DNA of 64,000 nucleotides from Candidatus Hydrogenedentota bacterium (GTDB lineage Bacteria; Hydrogenedentota; Hydrogenedentia; Hydrogenedentales; SLHB01): NCBI GenBank assembly GCA_045863295.1, contig BTWA01000003.1, positions 32,001 to 96,000 of the forward strand, read 5' to 3'. Shown piece by piece: positions 59,456 to 64,000 of this stretch (position 1 is its first letter; each line of letters starts with the position of its first letter). The notes under the pieces were generated by a model. It saw only the letters and a program-made list of their open reading frames with translations, ran no database searches and was not told where the DNA came from. The position numbers and the translations under genes were made by a program.

Positions 59456-60373
59456 TCACGCCCGAATTAGGGCTTCCACCGCCCCGCGAGTAGGCATGGA
59501 AGGTTGCGCGCCATGGTGCGTAGCGGCCAATGCGCCCGCCGCATTGGCGAAACGCAACGCATCATGCACCGGCGTGTTACCCCATTGTAGCGCAAGCGCG
59601 GCCGTAAAGGCGTCGCCCGCGGCCACGGTATCCACGGCCTCCACCCGAAACGCGGGCACGTAACACTCGCCCTGCGACCCCAGATAAAATCCGCCCAACG
59701 CGCCAAGCTTCAGTACAACCTCATCAGCTCCCATCGCACGAAGCCGGGAGGCCGCCGCTCGTGCGGTGTCCACATCATGCACAACTATTCCGGTCATCGC
59801 CTCGGCTTCGGTCTCATTGGGAGACACAATCGATGCCAAGCCAATCAGTCGTTCGGATACCTGTTGCGCGGGCCCCGCATCAAGTATAGACAACACTTGC
59901 CTGCGGCGCGCCACCGTCAACACGGCCTCCACGGTTTCCAAACGGATCTCGAGCTGAATAAGCACGGCATCAATATGCTCGAATACCGGTTCCAGCTTCT
60001 CAATGTCGGCCGGCGTAATGCCGTAGTTCGCCGACGGAGTCACAACAATGCTGTTTTGTCCGTCGTCGCCAATGAGAATTACCGCCGTACCGGTAGGCTC
60101 CCAGCTATGCGTCTCCAAATACTCGAGGTGAATCCCTTCCGCCCCAAGCGTTTGCCGTTGCATAACGCCAAAGGCGTCGTTGCCCACGCAACCCGCAAAC
60201 CATGTGCGAGCGCCAAGGCGCGCGGCGGCCACCGCCTGGTTCGCGCCTTTGCCACCGGGAACCGTGGCGAACGCACTGCCTATCAGCGATTCCCCGGGTT
60301 TCGGACACCGCGGCACGCGCGTCACGAGATCGACGTTGGCGCTGCCCACAACCAGAATACTCGGATGGCCCAT
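59456..60373 (-). CDS. rbsK: Ribokinase
   Basis: VVGSANVDL, GGKGANQAVAAARLG, PNETE, DTVAAGDAF, GAQPS. Confidence 0.93.
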   Translation of the reverse strand: MGHPSILVVGSANVDLVTRVPRCPKPGESLIGSAFATVPGGKGANQAVAAARLGARTWFAGCVGNDAFGVMQRQTLGAEGIHLEYLETHSWEPTGTAVILIGDDGQNSIVVTPSANYGITPADIEKLEPVFEHIDAVLIQLEIRLETVEAVLTVARRRQVLSILDAGPAQQVSERLIGLASIVSPNETEAEAMTGIVVHDVDTARAAASRLRAMGADEVVLKLGALGGFYLGSQGECYVPAFRVEAVDTVAAGDAFTAALALQWGNTPVHDALRFANAAGALAATHHGAQPSMPTRGAVEALIRA

Positions 60374-60554
60374 CTCTCCACCTTTCGTCGTAACCATTTC
60401 CACGAAGCTCGCTCCGCAATTGAATAGACGGGTGTAACTGCCTCTTACGACGGGCCACTCCGTAGATTACGCAAAAACGTATACCCGGCAAACATGGCGG
60501 GACGATACCAACGGAAAAGTATAGCGCATTGCGAAAGCGCGAATCCCGGGGGCA

Positions 60555-63206
60555 TCAGGATTGCGGACGGCCCTTGGACCAATGCGCGGGCGGCGGAGTC
60601 GGCGCCGCTGGAGGTTCCTCAACGGGAATAGGACCAACTTCCGCAAACGGAATCCCATCCGCATCGACCGGACTCTTGTCGGCCAGTAGAGTGGGATCCT
60701 CCTCCACGGTCTCCAACTCAGGTATCGCTTCGACACGAATCAGCCTGGGCTGCATCGGATCGATGACCATGGGTAAGCGCACCCACTCGCCCTGGATCAA
60801 ATCCCGGCCTTCCAGCTCTCCCGTCGTGATATGCGCGCGGACCGGCTCTGTACGAAGGTTAACGACATAGAAATAACGCTGCCCATCCACTTCGCAATAC
60901 CGGCTCTTCACACCCGCCATGGGATACCCCTCAACATCCGTCACTCGAGGCACATCGGGCAAGCCTGACTCGCGAAACGACGCGTCCAGTAGCGCCAACG
61001 TCTCGCGCGCCCATTCGTGACTGCGAACAAACCGTGTCTTCTGCGTATGCGGCACCCCTTCCGTCCGGGCAGTGCCGTGCTCGTTGTAGGGAATCGGACG
61101 CCCCTGCCGTATCACGCACCCCCCATCCGCGATGTACTGCCGAATTGCTTGAAACGAAGCCTCCGGCAATGCCGGCGTTTCCGGAACGATCAACACATCG
61201 ATGTCACTTAAGTCACCGCCGGCGCATTGCATTTCGGTGATGTACCGCACGGCAAATCCGAAAAACGACGCCCCTTCGAACGCATCGCGGGCACTGGAAA
61301 GATACGCCTCGCCGCCACCGTACAACCGCGAAGCCCGGCTCCACAATATGGCCACCCGCGCAGGGTCACTCTGAAAGGCGCGAACAACCGGCGCAAGCCG
61401 GTTCAAATCCAAGTTGGCAATGGCGAATCCATGCATCCACTCCGGACGGGACAACAAACCTGTCACATCCGGCTCAGGAGAAGTAAACGGTGCCGCCATC
61501 GCGCTCAGTCCAGTCATGGCTTGTTCCCAGACCAGCGTGTGCACGTAACGATACCCATCCTCGCCGCGCGGCGACGATTCGGATAGAAACCGGTTGTCCA
61601 GATTCAACAACGGATTTCCACCCGATAGCGACCGGATCAACGTGTAGTTGGCAAGCACGTTCGTGTACGGGATGGCGTAGGGTCCTTGCAGCAGCGGATT
61701 GAGGTTCACAATGCCGCCCAACTCGAACATGCGCGCGACAATATCCCGGTCAACACCCAAACGCGCATCGTCGGGATCAAACGCATTGGGCGTTACCGAC
61801 ACAAGCAAAGGCAACCGATCGTTCTGCTGGCGGAATGCAGACTGCATCAATTCGATATACCGGGTGCCAAGGGTGTTGTGATACGTCAGCAAGTCAAACT
61901 GATACGCCGGATGCTTGCGATCCCAACGCATATCAATTTGTTCAAACGCGCGATAGCGGGAACGCCATACGCGATTGACTTCATCCAGATCCTTGTAGGC
62001 CGCGCGGGTCGTCGCAACAAACCCATCACGGACCGCATCGCCTTCCAAACGGAAAGCTGGCATATGCGCCACGGATACGCCCGCCGCGGCTGGCTCGCTT
62101 TCAAGGAGCGCACCCAAAGTACCCAACGCGGCACGATACCGCTCCGCCGTCTCCGGCACAATAGATCGCGGTTCGTCCACATACCCCGTCGTGACCGCAT
62201 CGCCCGATGGAATGAGATACCACGTCAGCACAACGCCCGCGGCTTTCGCTTGCGTATTGATGGCCGCTATCGACGCCCTGCCCGACTCAGTCGATACGTC
62301 AGCCGGGTTCACACCCACACTGCCGTAGTTCAAACGGTACCGTTCAAGGATGCGAAGACTCGAAGCCGCGGTATCTATCGTCGGTATGGCAGCTCCCATC
62401 AACATCACCGGCTTCCGGAGATCGGCCAGGCCGCCCCCCTCCGGCAAGGCCAACGCAACGGCAGGTGACAGTTCGGCATCGCCACGCTCCGGAGATGCCG
62501 TCGCAAACGTCAAATCCACGCGCGCGGAACGGGAAACGCCCATGATATAAGTAGCCACATCTATCGCCAGACGCCAGTCCCCGCCCGCATAGGCCTCCAG
62601 CGCGACCTTCATGTAGTCTTCCGCAATCGCGACATTCGTGCGAACATACGGCGGTATCGCATCGGCGTCCAGACGCGCCAAGTGCGCTTTCAAACCCGCG
62701 ATTTCCGCGTCCACAGCCGCGAAAAGGTCGTTCAGTTGCACGGTGGACAATTTTCGAATCTCGAAACTCTGACTCGGCGCCAGTGGGTGTGGCGCACCGG
62801 TCACTTCGACCAGCGCCGTGTAGTCGCCGTCCGGAAGCGCAGCGGGATCCCACGTAAACCGGCAATGATTGAGTCCTTCCGCCAACGACATGGCCACACG
62901 ACCCGTATGCTGCACTTGACCGGCGGCATCCCGAACCGTAAGAACAACCGCCGCCGTATCCACCGCCTCCTTGGTGTCGACATCGCATTCCAGCAAAAGC
63001 TCGGCCGGAAGTGACGTGTAGGAAGGGTAACGCAACTGCAGCAGCGCTTGACGTGCCGGATGAGAGGAAATCGGCGAAATCCATATGCCCACGGAACCAC
63101 GCGATGCGGCTGACGCATCGGCCGCGGACGCCATGACCGACTGACCACCCAAGCCCAAGACCACACAGAAGATTAAATACGAGGCGACGGCGCGGATAAA
63201 CCCCAT
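60555..63206 (-). CDS. Secreted GH42-like protein with beta-galactosidase trimerisation-like domain
   Basis: Signal peptide, AYKDLDEVNRVW (GH42 Y..L..LN..W motif), ARVAILWS, DVLIVP..YIADGG. Confidence 0.55.
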   Translation of the reverse strand: MGFIRAVASYLIFCVVLGLGGQSVMASAADASAASRGSVGIWISPISSHPARQALLQLRYPSYTSLPAELLLECDVDTKEAVDTAAVVLTVRDAAGQVQHTGRVAMSLAEGLNHCRFTWDPAALPDGDYTALVEVTGAPHPLAPSQSFEIRKLSTVQLNDLFAAVDAEIAGLKAHLARLDADAIPPYVRTNVAIAEDYMKVALEAYAGGDWRLAIDVATYIMGVSRSARVDLTFATASPERGDAELSPAVALALPEGGGLADLRKPVMLMGAAIPTIDTAASSLRILERYRLNYGSVGVNPADVSTESGRASIAAINTQAKAAGVVLTWYLIPSGDAVTTGYVDEPRSIVPETAERYRAALGTLGALLESEPAAAGVSVAHMPAFRLEGDAVRDGFVATTRAAYKDLDEVNRVWRSRYRAFEQIDMRWDRKHPAYQFDLLTYHNTLGTRYIELMQSAFRQQNDRLPLLVSVTPNAFDPDDARLGVDRDIVARMFELGGIVNLNPLLQGPYAIPYTNVLANYTLIRSLSGGNPLLNLDNRFLSESSPRGEDGYRYVHTLVWEQAMTGLSAMAAPFTSPEPDVTGLLSRPEWMHGFAIANLDLNRLAPVVRAFQSDPARVAILWSRASRLYGGGEAYLSSARDAFEGASFFGFAVRYITEMQCAGGDLSDIDVLIVPETPALPEASFQAIRQYIADGGCVIRQGRPIPYNEHGTARTEGVPHTQKTRFVRSHEWARETLALLDASFRESGLPDVPRVTDVEGYPMAGVKSRYCEVDGQRYFYVVNLRTEPVRAHITTGELEGRDLIQGEWVRLPMVIDPMQPRLIRVEAIPELETVEEDPTLLADKSPVDADGIPFAEVGPIPVEEPPAAPTPPPAHWSKGRPQS

Positions 63207-63466
63207 GTGCAAATCCTTGTTGGCTCGCGAAAATAAGCAACGGCAGCCTGCCGAAGAGGCACAGGCCGCCCGCATTGTAAGTGGATGTTAAAAACCATTC
63301 AAAGCACTAACGTTCCAAACCCGCCGAGGGGTGACATTCCGAAATCCGTACCCTGGCCAACTTGCCTTTCCAGAAACCTGAACGATAAATACGCAGTCTC
63401 TCAGTGAAGGCCTAAGCGTGAACAAAATAACACACGAACCAGCCTTGGTATCTCTATCTCCTTTAT

Positions 63467-63482
63467 CTACAACATGTTGTAG
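63467..63482. promoter_or_regulatory. Perfect 16-bp palindrome, candidate operator
   Basis: ctacaacatgttgtag in a long divergent intergenic region. Confidence 0.4.
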
Positions 63483-63755
63483 TCAAGTTTCCGGCAATAC
63501 CCGTGATAAATCATCCGGTATAGGGTAGAATCGTAGGAGATCCGCCGACCCGATATTTCGGTTTTGCTGGCAACAAACCGGGAACTTTTACCCCGGGTCG
63601 AGGATACAGAAACAGGATGGGGTACCCTGAAGTGGGGCCAATGCGGCCGTCAAAGGATGGCGGGAGACCATCAAGTAGAATGCCGCAAATGAACGAAATA
63701 CTGGATAGAGATTGGGGTACCCCACAAGATACAGTAGGAAGTTATCGGTTTAATG

Positions 63756-63784
63756 TTGACATTACGTCAAAAATTTCTTACAGT
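63756..63784 (+). promoter_or_regulatory. Sigma70 promoter with overlapping TTGAC-N5-GTCAA palindrome
   Basis: TTGACA-N17-TACAGT, about 95 nt upstream of ATG 63880. Confidence 0.55.
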
Positions 63785-63879
63785 TGTCTTTGAAGAATTC
63801 CGCGATTGTGGATTCCTCTCGCATCCCGTTTGCTCGGGCAAACATCGCAGGGGGTTCCACCAGGAGAGGAAGTTCTCAG

Positions 63880-64000
63880 ATGATTCCTAGACGCCAAGTA
63901 GCTGTGGGGGCAATGGGCGTGTTTGTCGTTGCCCTCTTCGCCAGCACCGCCGTTGCGCTGGCCATCCCCAAAGATCAGCTGGATGCGAAAAAGGTCTACT
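63880..64000 (+). CDS. Secreted protein, N-terminal fragment (runs off window)
   Basis: AGGAGAGG SD, MIPRRQVAVGAMGVFVVALFASTAVALA signal peptide, frame open to the end of the window. Confidence 0.6.
   Translation, partial: MIPRRQVAVGAMGVFVVALFASTAVALAIPKDQLDAKKVY

Overview
A GC-rich bacterial chromosomal segment with no integrase, transposase, rRNA or CRISPR array. Its content (several sulfatases, DUF1800/DUF1501, planctomycete-type cytochrome c, large surface proteins) suggests a PVC-like or Ca. Hydrogenedentota-like organism; this is inference only. Housekeeping genes are leuS, sat, serC, trxB, rpe, rbsK, tRNA-Phe(GAA) and tRNA-Thr(CGT). They are interspersed with glycoside-hydrolase-like and sulfatase genes, two ECF sigma/anti-sigma pairs, a P1B-4 ATPase, a LysM Ser/Thr kinase, a YyaL/DsbD thiol-redox pair and two very large secreted proteins. 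The main finding lies in the apparently non-coding gap at about 33.0-34.35 kb, below the length cut-off of the ORF track. It holds a tandem array of four minus-strand microprotein genes (25-32 aa) that are extremely hydrophobic and Trp-rich (21 Trp in 119 residues, WW at positions 8-9 in three of them). Each has an AAGGAGG Shine-Dalgarno, three have their own extended -10 sigma70-type promoter, and two have clear intrinsic terminators. The array lies directly downstream of two tRNAs and an excisionase-type HTH-REC regulator. A second finding is a C-terminal module of about 250-280 aa plus a membrane anchor, shared by two otherwise unrelated giant surface proteins (an NHL/C13-peptidase protein and a beta-propeller/di-haem protein).
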